Of a stretch of 36,362 nucleotides of DNA, positions 1-11,553 are shown piece by piece. The notes below the pieces were generated by a model. It did not search any database. It was not told the DNA's origin and saw nothing but the letters and a program-made list of their open reading frames with translations. The number at the start of each line of letters is the position of its first letter. The stretch's first letter is position 1. Both the position numbers and the translations under genes were made by a program. Origin of the DNA: Kipferlia bialata (Eukaryota); the NCBI GenBank assembly GCA_003568945.1, contig BDIP01000048.1, forward strand, positions 1 to 36,362. The letters are read 5' to 3'.

Positions 1-18
1 TGCTCTGTATGTGTGTAG

Positions 19-313
19 GTACTACCTACCAGTAAGCCCCCCCCCCCCCTCCCTCCCTCCTGTCACACTCTCACACTCTCTCCCTCACTCTCTAGTTGCC
101 AGTCTGGCTGTACAGGGTCTCTTCTCAGTGGTACGGTGGCTACTCCCCCTGCACACCAACTGCACTGGGTGTCACAGAGTGGCAGGGTGCAGGGAGTGCA
201 AGGGAGGGGGGTCTGGGTGCCAGGTGGGGCAGAGGGCATACGGAGAGTGTGGGTGCAAGGGTGGGGTGGGCAGTGGGGACATCGAGGACTGGGGCAAGGG
301 GCACATAGACTAG
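19..313 (+). CDS. 3' end of an unidentified spliced gene, Cys/Gly-rich C-terminus (partial)
   Basis: Micro-exon tag|GTACTACCTACCA|gtaag, pyrimidine-rich intron, then ctctag|TTGCC; most plausible frame reads VLPTIASLAVQGLFSVVRWLLPLHTNCTGCHRVAGCRECKGG...GHID* (TAG 311-313). Another frame is also open. Confidence 0.4.
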
Positions 314-547
314 AACATCGTATTACTATTATTATCCCCATTCCTCTCATTCTTCTCATTGCCACAGTGACATGCACAGATACATCAGTTCAGTTAATCT
401 ATTCGACTCTATGTCACAAGGCATAGACTACACAAACAACAGTTAAACACAGAGGGAGCCGGTGGAGAAGTAATGGAACTGCCGCAAATGGCTAATGAAG
501 TGTCTCCTTGGTGCCTCAATCAAATGCCGCAAAGTGTCTCATCTGCC

Positions 548-710
548 TCAGAGCACTGCCTCGATGTCCTTGGCCATCTTGGCGGGCTTGGTGGTGGGTG
601 CGTATCTCTTGACAGGCACACCCTCCTTGTTGCACAGGAACTTGGTGAAGTTCCACCTGGGGTGAGAAGGGAGAGGTAATGGTATGTATAGAGAGAGACA
701 AAGAGAGAGG

Positions 711-745
<35 letters not shown>

Positions 746-1510
746 TTGGTGAAGTTCCACCTGGGGTGAGAAGGATGTAACATGGTATGTATAGAGAGAG
801 AGCGTGTGTGTGTGTGACCGTACTTGATAGCGTTGCCGAAGACGCCTCCCTTGGCCTTCTTGAGGTACTTGTAGATGGGGGCGGCGTTGTCACCGTTGAC
901 ATCAATCTGGGGTGAGGGAGAGACACGTTGATATACACTAGGGCATGTCATCCTAGTATACAGTATATATAGACATATACACGATTGGGTACCTTGTCCA
1001 GGATGGGGAAGTCCACCTTGAATGAGGCAAAGTAGCAGGCGCCAACCTCCTCTCCCTCGAGGGGCTCCTGAGGGTGAGTATATATGTAGATGTGTATATC
1101 CATAGGGGCAATAGAGATGGAAGGGGGGGGGGGGGTCAACGTGTAATGTGATGTGTACCTGGTTACCGAACTGGTTGCATGGGAATCCAAGGATCACAAG
1201 GGAAGGATAGGTCTCGTGGAGGAGCTGGAGACCCTCGAGCTGGAGTGAGAGAGTGTACAGACAATACACTCCTGTCCCTCACTAGCATACCAACTACCAT
1301 ATAGCCCTCAATACCTGTGGGGTAAAGCCGCACTTAGAGGCAGTGTTCAGGACCAGGACGGGCTGGCCACGGTACTGGGACAGGTCAACGTCCTGCTATA
1401 AGTATACAAGTTATGGGGGTCGAATACACTTGGAGGCTGGTATATTACTATACACTCACCTCTCCGCGGGAGTTCTTGACAGTGAAATCGTAGATGCTGG
1501 TGGGCTCCAT
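548..1510 (-). CDS. GPX: Glutathione peroxidase family protein, Cys-type (no selenocysteine), 6 exons
   Basis: Exons 1460-1510, 1315-1392, 1159-1239, 993-1067, 824-906, 548-656 splice in frame with [47 protein letters not shown]...[14 protein letters not shown]...[13 protein letters not shown]...AIKWNFTKFL...DIEAVL*. GPx signatures ASxCG, FPCNQF and WNFxKF present; catalytic codon is TGC. Confidence 0.96.
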
Positions 1511-1832
1511 TGCTGTGTGTATTCTCTGAGGTAGTTATACCAGGTGTGTTGTAGAGAGTTAGACAACTGTAAACCAACCCAAAGGGGAGTGATTCAATAC
1601 CAGCCATCAGAACGGATCAATGTGATTTGACTTGCAACGTTTGGTGGTCATTTGATTCGGACTGAGTAATTCATTTTGAACCATCAGATTCACAACTCGT
1701 GTAAGGTAGTTGGAAGACCTCCTGCATCTATTGAAATCATACTAACTACTACTTGAATTGCACCCATACATAAGGGATGGGTGGGGTGACGAAGGAGGCC
1801 AGGAAAAAGGCACCGGGATTGATACATACCCA

Positions 1833-4289
1833 TCATATGGCCTTTCTCTTTGCACTAGGCTGCTGTGGAGGAGGGGGCGCACTCACACTGACCCCTGCGT
1901 CGTCCTGTTGTCCCTGGTAGATGTACCCTGGTCCTGCCCTGACGCCATAGGGTATGGTGACTGCATCCCCTGTGACCTCCTTGCCAGACACCTCCAGCAG
2001 CACACACACCTAAGTATTAGAGGGGGGGGGGGGACATAGCAGTAAGTACGAGGAGTAAGAGGGCAGGTGGGGTACCACTACACTCCTACCTGATGCTTGC
2101 AGAACCCTGCGATGCTGATGGACCCCATCTGACACGTGCACTTGCCCCATGTGGCTACTGGCCCAGGTACCCCCAGCACAGAGGGTGTCTTGTGGTGGAT
2201 GAGGGCGGTGTGGGTCATGGAGTGGTCTGGAGGGTGAGGGGAAGATAGTTGGGGATGGGTGTATACACTGTATAGGAATGCTACACCCCTCACCCTTTAC
2301 TCTGCCCCTTGCTGTGAACTGACAGGACACCCCCTGCCAGGCATCTGGGGATCCCCCTGCAAAGGCGTGGTTCTCACACTCAACCAGACTGGCCGCCCCC
2401 ACATCCTGCAGGGCCATGCCTCGGCCACAGGCACCGGGCTGGGTCAGATACATCTATATACATATATATACAAATACACTAGTATATTCATACACTGATG
2501 TCTCACAGGCACCGGGCTGGGGGGGTCAGGGGCATCAGTATGGATACATGGCCACATATATATGTATATAAATACCACACTGCTGCCCACCTGGCAGAAC
2601 TTCCTGAGCATGGCCACCTCTAGGACAGGATATAGTATATATATATATAGTAGAGTAAAGTGTATACTTCTGTATATATATAGGAGTACTGCCTACCTGG
2701 CAGTATTAGTAGTATATAGTATAGTATAGTGTACATACCTGGCAGAACTTCCTGAGCATGGCCACCTCTATGACAGTACATATACAGTATACATATGTAC
2801 ATATACAGTATAAATAGTATGTATATATATATATAGTATAGTGTATACCTGGCAGAACTTCCTGAGCATGGCCACCTCTATGACAGAATATAGTATATAG
2901 AGTATATATATAGTATAGTGTATACTTATGTATATCTATAGTATAGTGTATACCTGGCAGAACTTCCTGAGCATGGCCACCTCTATGACGGGTAGTCTGA
3001 ATGGGGTGGTCTGGGGGGACAGGGTGGGGATCGGGGACTGCGGGTGCTGCTTGATCAGACGGCTCTCCTCCTCCCGCAGCCTGGGGTCAGGACACGACAG
3101 AAAGAGATACAGAGGGTATAGAAAGAATAGATATATAATATTACAAAATACAAAATCAATGTATACGCACAGCTCTCTGTCGGGCTCTGGGTTCACAATG
3201 TTCTGCTGGTTCCTCTCCCTCTCTCTCTGCTCGGTCTGTCGTCTCTTCTCCCTCCTCATCCTATCCTGTAACTGCTGGGGGTCAGAGTATACAGAGTGCC
3301 AACAGCATATATATAAAGTACTCTTCACTAGATACCAGAGCAAGATTCAAATTGAAGGTACAGAGTACGGGATATGGTAGATGCACCGCATTGCTATGAC
3401 ATGTGCCTTGTGCAGTGCATCATGATTCATATACAGCAATATATTCACTATATTATATGTAGGGTATTGGGTGTAGAGTATCTATATACCTTCTCCCGCA
3501 TTGCCCTGGCCTGTGCCTTGTCCAGTGGATCACTATATATATCTATAGTAATATACATATTGTACTATATATACACTACATATATATTCAATATACCTTC
3601 TCCCGCATTGCCCTGGCCTGTGCCTTGTCCAGTGCCTCAATGTGGGGGTGGAACACAGCCTGGGGTCACAGGATATAGGCCTACTATACATATATAAACA
3701 TACATTCACAGATAGACATATGTGATGCAGTGCCACCCCCCGTACCGTGAGCTGCCTGGCCACTGACTCCGACTGATCATGGGCCTGCCCCCCCACCGCA
3801 CCTGGCCTGGCGGGGGGTGCACCTGCCACCACAGGGTACCCCTTGCCTAGGGGGTGAGATGGGCATCAGAGAGATAGAGACCTAAAGTGACGCCATGCAT
3901 ATATGTGCACCCACCTGTGTACGGGGCCTCCTGGCACCAGAAGACCTCTGTGCCCATAAGGGCCTTGGGCACAACAGCAGGCAGAGACCGGCTGGACATG
4001 AGGGGGGGGGTTGGATATGGAAAGACCTGCTGATCCATATGGAGGGCATATTTGATTTCTATGGAAATAGGTATATGTATTATGTGCATCCATCCTTACC
4101 TGAACATCATGGAGGACCCGGCCAGAAGCAGGGCAGCCTGGGAGTGAGAGAGAGGGTGTGTAACAATAGAGATATCCAGCGTGTAGACACACATATGATA
4201 CCACACCTGGTGCTTGCAGAGATAGGGTAGAGAGAGAGAGAGTATCAAGTCGAAACGTGTGGACACAGTCATGAATGATTCATTCATGT

Positions 4290-4322
<33 letters not shown>

Positions 4323-5158
4323 GCATACCTGGTGCTTGCAGAGATAGGGCGGGGGCTGGGTCAGGTCGTGGACCTGGTATGCAGCGTATTCAGGGCATGT
4401 GCAGAAGCCATTGCGCTCCATGGTCTGCTCCCCCGGCTGGTCTCTGGCATAGTAGGAGACACGCACAGCCACGGCGTAGTGGGTGTTATTGTCTGGGGGG
4501 GTAAGAAGAATGGTGGGGAGGGGGAATGCCTACACTAAAACTTGGCCATACATACACACACATATATATATATCCATATAATTATTAATGCATACACATA
4601 TACACACACCTGTCATGACTGTGGCCATTGTACAGTCCCTCGACTCCTCTGTGCGTACCAGGCCGTGTCTCTCCCCATCTGGGTGCTGGATGTATCGGAA
4701 GGCATGGTTGGAGGCAACGATGGTGGACCTGGATGTGAGATGTATAATATAATATATGACGGGGCTAGCACATATATATATACCTAAATATATTCCTAAA
4801 TATATATCCTAACGATGGTGGACCTGGCAGTGAGGGGGAGCTGCGTAATACATTGTTTACATACATATAAATCTCCACACTAATATATATAAGTACATCT
4901 ATGTACAACCCCACCTGTCGACCTGGTTGACCAGGTCCACAGCCCCGATACACATATGTATATATACATGTATATATACACAAATATATAAATACATGTA
5001 TGTGCACAGCTCACCTGTCGACCTGGTTGACGAGGTCCAGCCCCGGTATGACCCCGTCTGGGTTGGACACCACGCCATGGGGGATGGGGAACACGTGGAA
5101 GGGCACGGTCACTAGGGCATCTGCCAGGAGGGGGGACTCGGGGGGCATCAGCATGACT
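1833..5158 (-). CDS. Protein with two SWIM-type zinc fingers (5' end unresolved, may extend to ~5430)
   Basis: 12 phase-compatible exons (5015-5158, 4610-4728, 4329-4492, 4100-4137, 3915-3991, 3746-3846, 3597-3659, 3171-3274, 2954-3080, 2294-2438, 2090-2226, 1833-2009). Motifs GFCTCPEY...YLCKHQAALLL and GKCTCQMG...GFCKHQVCVLL match SWIM CxC-xn-CxH; charged helical linker; ends SAKRKAI* (TGA). Confidence 0.8.
2591..2886 (-). repeat. Three intronic direct copies of an exon 3' end + donor (gaggtggccatgctcaggaagttctgccag|gt)
   Basis: Copies at ~2591-2626, ~2739-2776 and ~2849-2886 match the end of exon 2954-3080 and are separated by (TA)-rich spacers. Confidence 0.95.
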
Positions 5159-5940
5159 CTGGGGTCAGTACAAGACCCAATGTACGGCGGGGGGGGGGGG
5201 GGGGGGGGGGGGGGATCCAACACCATAGGGACACATGTGTGATCAGACAGTATATACCTTCTGTTTCCGTTTGTTGAATCCGCTGGCCTTTCCTGGTGTT
5301 AGAACCTGATGACACATGTTGAGGACCAATGGACGCTGAATATATACCTTTCTTAGACCCTATCACGAACATGTCGTACTGGACACTGTCATTGTCTGTC
5401 CCCAGTGACTTGAGAGCCCTCCTGTTTGACATGTCTGGGCGTATGCGACAGACCAAGGCCTCAGAGTCCCCGAGGGTTCCCTGCTCCGCCCCTGGCAGAG
5501 CGGAGTTGGAGGTGTTTCCTCAACAACCGAACCCCACCCTTATGGGAAGCGTCTAAAGGGAGGGGACACAGTGCCGCAGATATTCTCCCTCGTTCAGGAA
5601 GAGACAGACAGTGATATCAGTAGCTGGTAGCAAGATTTTTGGCTGGGTTGATCAAAAGGGGCTAGGGTTGGTTACCAACCGTTGGTACCTGCAACTATTC
5701 CACTCTGGTCCCAAAATATGACTTCTGAGACGCAAAGGCCTTCCAATTTGTGGGGAAGGTGCCAGTATAGTGTATTGCTGGGTCCTTGCTCCCAAATAGT
5801 CAGTGTTCCTGATGGCACCATTATTCTATTGACACAAATCCAGTGTCACTCTGCTCCCAGAGACGTGCCAGTCAATGACACAATATTGACTGCCATAGCA
5901 TATGTAATTGAACTATAATCAAAGACACAGATACACAGAG

Positions 5941-8900
5941 TCATGGCTTGGGCTCTGCACTGGGTTCATGTGCGTATACATACCCCACAGAACCTGCACC
6001 TGTATCTCGATTACTGCCGGTGTCAAACCCATCCCCGCCGTCCTTCCGTCTAACTCTCAGGCACCTCACACTTCGCATGGAACGCCGTCCGGACTCTGTT
6101 GCCACTTCCTCAGACCCTACATACCCTGCATCCTGAGGCTGATACCCTGCCCCGTACAAGTCAGAGGGAGGACTCCCAGGGTGGCTATGTGTATGGGCCC
6201 GGTCTCTCTCCCCAGTCTTCAGGCTGATTTGTCTCTTGAACATAGGGCTCTCCACATCAACGAGATCCAGGCGCACAACTTGCTTCTTTACCCTCCGAGT
6301 TCCATATCTAAGTGTGAGGAGTTGAATATGGAGAAACTACTAGGCCTAGTAATAAGACATTAGTTTGAAAAGAAAACAACCATAGTCCTACCTGGGACCA
6401 CTGTCAGTTGCTACAGGCCTCTGTGCCTGGGCTGTATGTACAGGCCGAGACACAGACAGGGTGCGAGTAGGGGGCATGGAGGCATGTACCCGCCCACCTT
6501 GACCCCGATTGACCTCGGGTGACCCCTGCCTGCCCCTCTGGGGCACTCCAACACCATGCGCAGACCGAGACCCGTACTGTCCATACACTATGGTGTTGGC
6601 AGGAGAAGAGAATGGACCAGACTGCACCTGTTGTAGTCGGTAGAGGGGCCTCCCAGCACCTATCCCTTGTTTGCCTCGACCATCATGTATGCCAGACACT
6701 TCGGTGGGGTCGCCACGCACCCTACCAGCTAGGGGCCAATCTGGGCGAGAAGCCTCCACGGCACTCTCTCCAGCCTGGATCCACCGTTGTCCCCCCTGAG
6801 CAGCAGTTCCCGATAGAGTCTCTCCCCTACCAGTGGCTGGTACCAGAGAGGCATCAGGGATTATGGACACATGAGAGAAGCCGCATGAAGCGAAGGGAAC
6901 CGGCGCATAGGGAGGCGGGGACAGACTCAGGAGATCACGACGTGTCAGAGTACCAGGGCGACTGGCACCGGCCCCAGTGTCATCAGGCTCAGGCGATGCC
7001 CAGCTCCTCCTGACACGGTGCCCACTGGTGGGCCTAGGCCTCTCTCTCTTGGCAGAAGGAGAGATTGGGGTGTGGGGGGAGAGTTGCTCTGCCTGGTCTT
7101 GGGGGCCTACTTGCCCTGCTATAGGAACAGTTGAAGAGGGCCCGTCAGTCTGGGCCAGCCTCATCTCTCTCTCGCCAACCTTACGTGCATTCCGACGTTC
7201 AAGCCTCTCCTCACGACTCATCATATGCCTCTCCTCCTCCATCTCTCTCTCTCTCTCTCTCTCCTCTCTCCTCTCCTGCCTAACCAATTGATCCTGTCTG
7301 TCTACCTCTGTCGACGCCTCAACCAGTGACACCCACACGTTCTGCCGCTCTCGCTGCTCTTGCCGCTTGTGCTGTGGGTCAGAGATAGTCTCTCAATATC
7401 ACCTACTATTATATGTATATATTGAAGATAATTGACGTCCTACCTGCAATCGTCTTGACACGCGTCTAGACCCATATTCCTGGGCATCTGGAGACCTAGA
7501 TATGAGACAAACTACACACAGATCCATACAAATATTCCAAACTCAGATAGGAGAATAGGGCCACACATACCTGTTTAGGTTCATGAGGTGTGTCCGTCTC
7601 AACCGGGCATTCTCTCTCTCTTGCTCCCTCAAAGTCTCACAAGATATGCGAGGCAGCTCTCTGCATATGAGACTCAGAATAGCAGTGGCCATAATATCCC
7701 AGACAGAATGTGAGAGAACACAGAACAGCATAATACCGTAGCGTTACACCTGTCGAGAAAAGAAACCCACCTAATCTGATCTGGAAGTATGTCCTCATCA
7801 TGCAAGAAGGGGGGTAGGTGGCCGCGGCACATATCCTGTGCCGCAGCGGAGTGCTTGGCAACGAGGGTGGCAGCGTGGGTGGCCAGGTCACAGCCTGAGG
7901 TAAGGCCATGTACTAAACTGGACACATATTGTCACCAGACTATTGAGACATGCACATGCAACTATGAATAGACTTGTGAAGGTTATACAAGGAAGAATAA
8001 TACATACAATCACATCATTGCCGAAGCCTATACGTACACTCGGACATGCTATCCAGGATAGCATCGACCCTTCTCTCCCACATGAGCCATGCCTCCCCGA
8101 GTCTCTCCCACTCCTCCACGAAGGAACTGTACTGCTGGTATCTCTCCTGGGCATCCTCGAAGGCAACGGAGGCAAGACGCAGCTTGTCCTGTCTCTCTCT
8201 CTCCCGGTCGGCCTTACCCTTCTCTCTCTGCCTCTGCCTGACCCTTCTATCCCGTGCCCTCGTGGCCTTGATGGCCTGAACCTTGGCAGCGGCAGCATCG
8301 TCTCGCAGCTCCCGTTCCACCCTGGGTCAGTGATAAAAGAACAGGAGAATACAGTGATGTAGTATTCAGTATATGAATAGACACCCACCTTCTCCTTGGC
8401 ACTGGAGCATACCCTTCCACTGGTTGTAAGAGGGCACTCTCTAGCACACGAGGAGTCAGGCGAGGGATGCTCCCCCTCTTCATCTTGACATAGACAGTGT
8501 CCTCGTACTCCACGTCCATAAACAGCTCAGAGTCCTCGAGCAGATCGGCCACCAGGCCCTCCGAGTCTGAGTCCCCACTGCTTGAGGTCGCGTCCTGATC
8601 TGATCCAGACTCAGAGTACACATATCCGTCAGAGGCATCAGTCTCAGACGCGGCATCCCCAGAGTCCGGCTCCTGCCAGTGGGCCAAGACATCCTCGGAC
8701 ACACTGTCAAGAAGACCGTATGCTGCACTTCTGAACATACCGGTCATGTGCCGAGTGACACCCTGTCTGATAATGCCCATAACAGAGGGAGTGGGGGACA
8801 CAAGAGCATACACACAGATACCCTTGTCAGCACCACCTGCTGCAGCAGGCTGTGCTGTGGAGGCAGGAACCGAAGTGTCCGGAGTGTCCGGAGAGACAAG

Positions 8901-11407
8901 GGTGGCCGATGTACCGCCGGCTGAGTGCACAATGTCGGCATGGATGTCGAAGGGATACTGGCAGTGGGAGCTGTCTCCTAGCAGCAGTGGGGACAGCCTG
9001 AACCTGTCAACACTGTCTCCCGGAGCCCAATGAGCAGGGTCTGTGTCTGGACTGTCTCTCTCTCTCTCTCTCTGCTCGTGGGACATGTGCCACGCATCAG
9101 ATAGGCTACTCTGGAACAAACTGCCCGAGAAGACAAACTGCTCTACCCCTGGGGACCCAGTGTCAGTCACCGCCTCACTCACAGTGTCAGTTACTCTACT
9201 AGTCACTCTATCAGTGACTGTTTCAGTCACTGTGTCAGAGACACGGGCCTCAGGATGGACTGAAAGGTGGGCGTGAGAGACATGAGAGGGGTCATGTTCT
9301 CCCATGGTGGCATCTGCCCCCTCTCCCATGGTGGCATCTACCCCCTCTCCCTTGGCGGCATCTGCCCCCTCTCCCATGGTGGCATCTGCCCCCACTCCCA
9401 TGGTGGCATCTCCCCCCTCTCCCATGGCGGCATCTACCCCCTCTCCCATGGCGGCATCTCTCTCCTCACGGCATCTCTCTCCTCTGCCCCACCAACCTCA
9501 GTCACCCCAGTGTCAGTGGGGATGGTGCAAGACTTACCAGTCTCAACTATCCAGCCATCAGCACCCACTCCTACACCCTGCCCAAGGGTGTTGTGTATCA
9601 CAGATCGCGGACCATACACAGCAACATGGGCAGGAAGGCGAAGCCACTGGAGACTGGATGGATCACGGCCTGGCAAATGAGAACAAGACAAAAACACCAA
9701 ACTCAGAACCAAACTCAGAACCAAACTCAGAACCAAGAAATATAGAATACCACCATCCCCAGGGAGAAGTGGCTGGAGATGACGCAGTGTGCTATGCTCT
9801 ATGCACCCACCCAAGTAGCAGGGCTGTGCCTGGGGCACCACCATGTCGGTCAGGGTGTGAAGGTGATCCCAGTCATCCAGGGGAGCGTCCTCACTCTCAC
9901 TGCTCTCACTGCAGTGTGAGAAGACGCATGTCGATCCAGCAGGATATTACAATACTGATTGATCCACCCATACCTAAGATATGCCTCTCTTGCTGCCTCT
10001 TGCACAGGAACACCCGTTTCAACTTCCCCACGCACAGGTCGACTACTCATCCTCCGGCTCTCCCTGCGCAGTCTGTCTCTCTCCCTCCGCTGCCTCTCCT
10101 TCTGCCGCTTCAGCCTGAGCTGGTGTCGCCGTGCCTTGGCTTTGGCCCTCTTAGCCCTCTCGATATCCCTCTCAGCCTCGACCACAGCCTCATTGTGAGT
10201 CTGTGTCTTGTCATTGTACGACTCGGCAGCCTGGAGGTCAGAGACGGTCACATGGAACACCCTATACAGGCAGGAAATGGCTCGGACGCACACTATGTCA
10301 TATCATGAACAAACCAACAGTATCACAAGGGCAAGGGCACTGTCCCCCAACCCCCCCTCCCCAATCACCCATACTGTACAGTACCAGCCTCTATATACCT
10401 ATATATGTCTCTATACACTAATACCTGTTCGATGGTCTCTGCCGCCATACTGAGCAGGGTCTGTAGAATGTCAAGGCGGACAGAAGGGGTCAGGGCCTGG
10501 AAGAAGACATTGGGATCGGGGCGTGGCACGTTTCCCCTTCCGGCAAGGTCCGACAGAATCGTGGGGAGAGAGGGCCTGTGGCTGGTGTGACTGGGGTGGC
10601 TGTGGCCTGCCGAGGCAAGGGATGGGCCACGTCCCATGTCTGCCGTAGCCCACTGGTCAGTCCCCTGGGGGGAATCACTTCCCTCACCCTCATCGTCGTC
10701 CTCCCCTATGTTGTGCACAATACGCCACGCACACGAGGACAGCGCTTTGTCAAAACTAGGGTTAGAGACCGGAATACATAAGGGGCCACCCGAGAAAGGA
10801 AAGAGAAAGCCATCTGTTGAGGTGCAAAGGTACCTGAGGCGTTGGGTGAGGGTCTGACACACACGCCACACTATCAACCTGGAGTGAGTGCCTAGAGGTG
10901 GATACGGAAGCCTCACATGACCTGATCGGAGGTCAAACGCTGTTCTGTATGTATATACTTACAGTGGATGAAGAGGTCAGTATACAATAGGTCATATCAT
11001 GACAAGCAGGACACCCACCTATACAGGATGAAATGGTCCTCATCTCTTGCGTCCAAGGCCCCTCTGAAACTCTGGTGTGAGGGAGTGACACACAATCAAA
11101 TGCAGGGGTCATCGAGTAAGGGACTGAGTAATGGATGGAGAGCCTTGGAATATGGAGTGAACAGTAAGGCAAAGTTACACATCTCATTACTATTGGGTGA
11201 AAGACAAACACCCAAATGTACACCCAACATGATGCAACTAATGTCCACGCTTATAGCACTCAGGACACAACTGCCAGAGAGAGACTATATGGAGAACCGT
11301 GCCTCGATTGTCAAGTGTGGCAGACGCAGACAGGGACCATAGGCAGTCAGGAAGCTGAACACAGAGGACACCTCAAGCGCATGCAGGTCCAGTGGTTCAC
11401 CTCCCAT
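5941..11407 (-). CDS. DDT + WHIM1 domain protein (CECR2/RSF1/Ioc3-like ISWI partner) with long low-complexity and coiled-coil regions
   Basis: ATG 11405-11407: MGGEPLDLHALEVSSVFSFLTAYGPCLRLPHLTIE|SFRGALDARDEDHFILYR|LIVWRV resembles the DDT helix pattern; FFQALTPSVRLDILQTLL (~10450-10505) resembles WHIM1. A phase-compatible exon chain continues through ~9975-10230, ~8389-9496, ~8037-8321, ~6391-7371 and 5941-~6308. The first donor would be GC, so the 5' exon links are tentative. Confidence 0.65.
9298..9460 (-). repeat. Coding 24-bp minisatellite (~7 copies) encoding (M/K)GEG(A/V/G)DA(A/T)
   Basis: Unit ctcccatggtggcatctgccccct tandemly repeated with point variants; translates to MGEGVDAAMGEGGDATMGVGADATMGEGADAAKGEGVDATMGEGADATMGE. 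Confidence 0.9.
9696..9736. repeat. Intronic 12-bp tandem repeat (accaaactcaga x3)
   Basis: Three exact copies visible directly. Confidence 0.85.
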
Positions 11408-11553
11408 CTCTAACCACCCAAGAGCCAATCCTCTTTGCTATCTACGACTGTGAAGAGCTTTGTGATGACTGTCAAGAGAAAAGGGGCGAGCGAAAAGAAA
11501 ACTCGAAAATCACCGTCAGGCTGAGTCCAGGCTCTCTCTTTACTAAGGCGGCC
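11408..11553. promoter_or_regulatory. Short divergent intergenic region, probable bidirectional promoter
   Basis: 146 bp between the ATG of the DDT gene (-) and the ATG of the tectonic gene (+). Inferred from position only. Confidence 0.5.

Noticed and set aside
1315..1345. Selenocysteine GPx with SECIS
   Set aside because: The active-site codon is TGC (Cys).
2590..2990. CRISPR-like array of ~35-bp repeats with spacers
   Set aside because: The repeats are copies of an exon end, spacers are low-complexity TA sequence of uneven length, the context is eukaryotic and no cas genes are present.
5329..5556. Small plus-strand gene MDAEYIPFLDP...
   Set aside because: No recognisable motif, and it overlaps candidate 5' exons of the SWIM gene on the minus strand.
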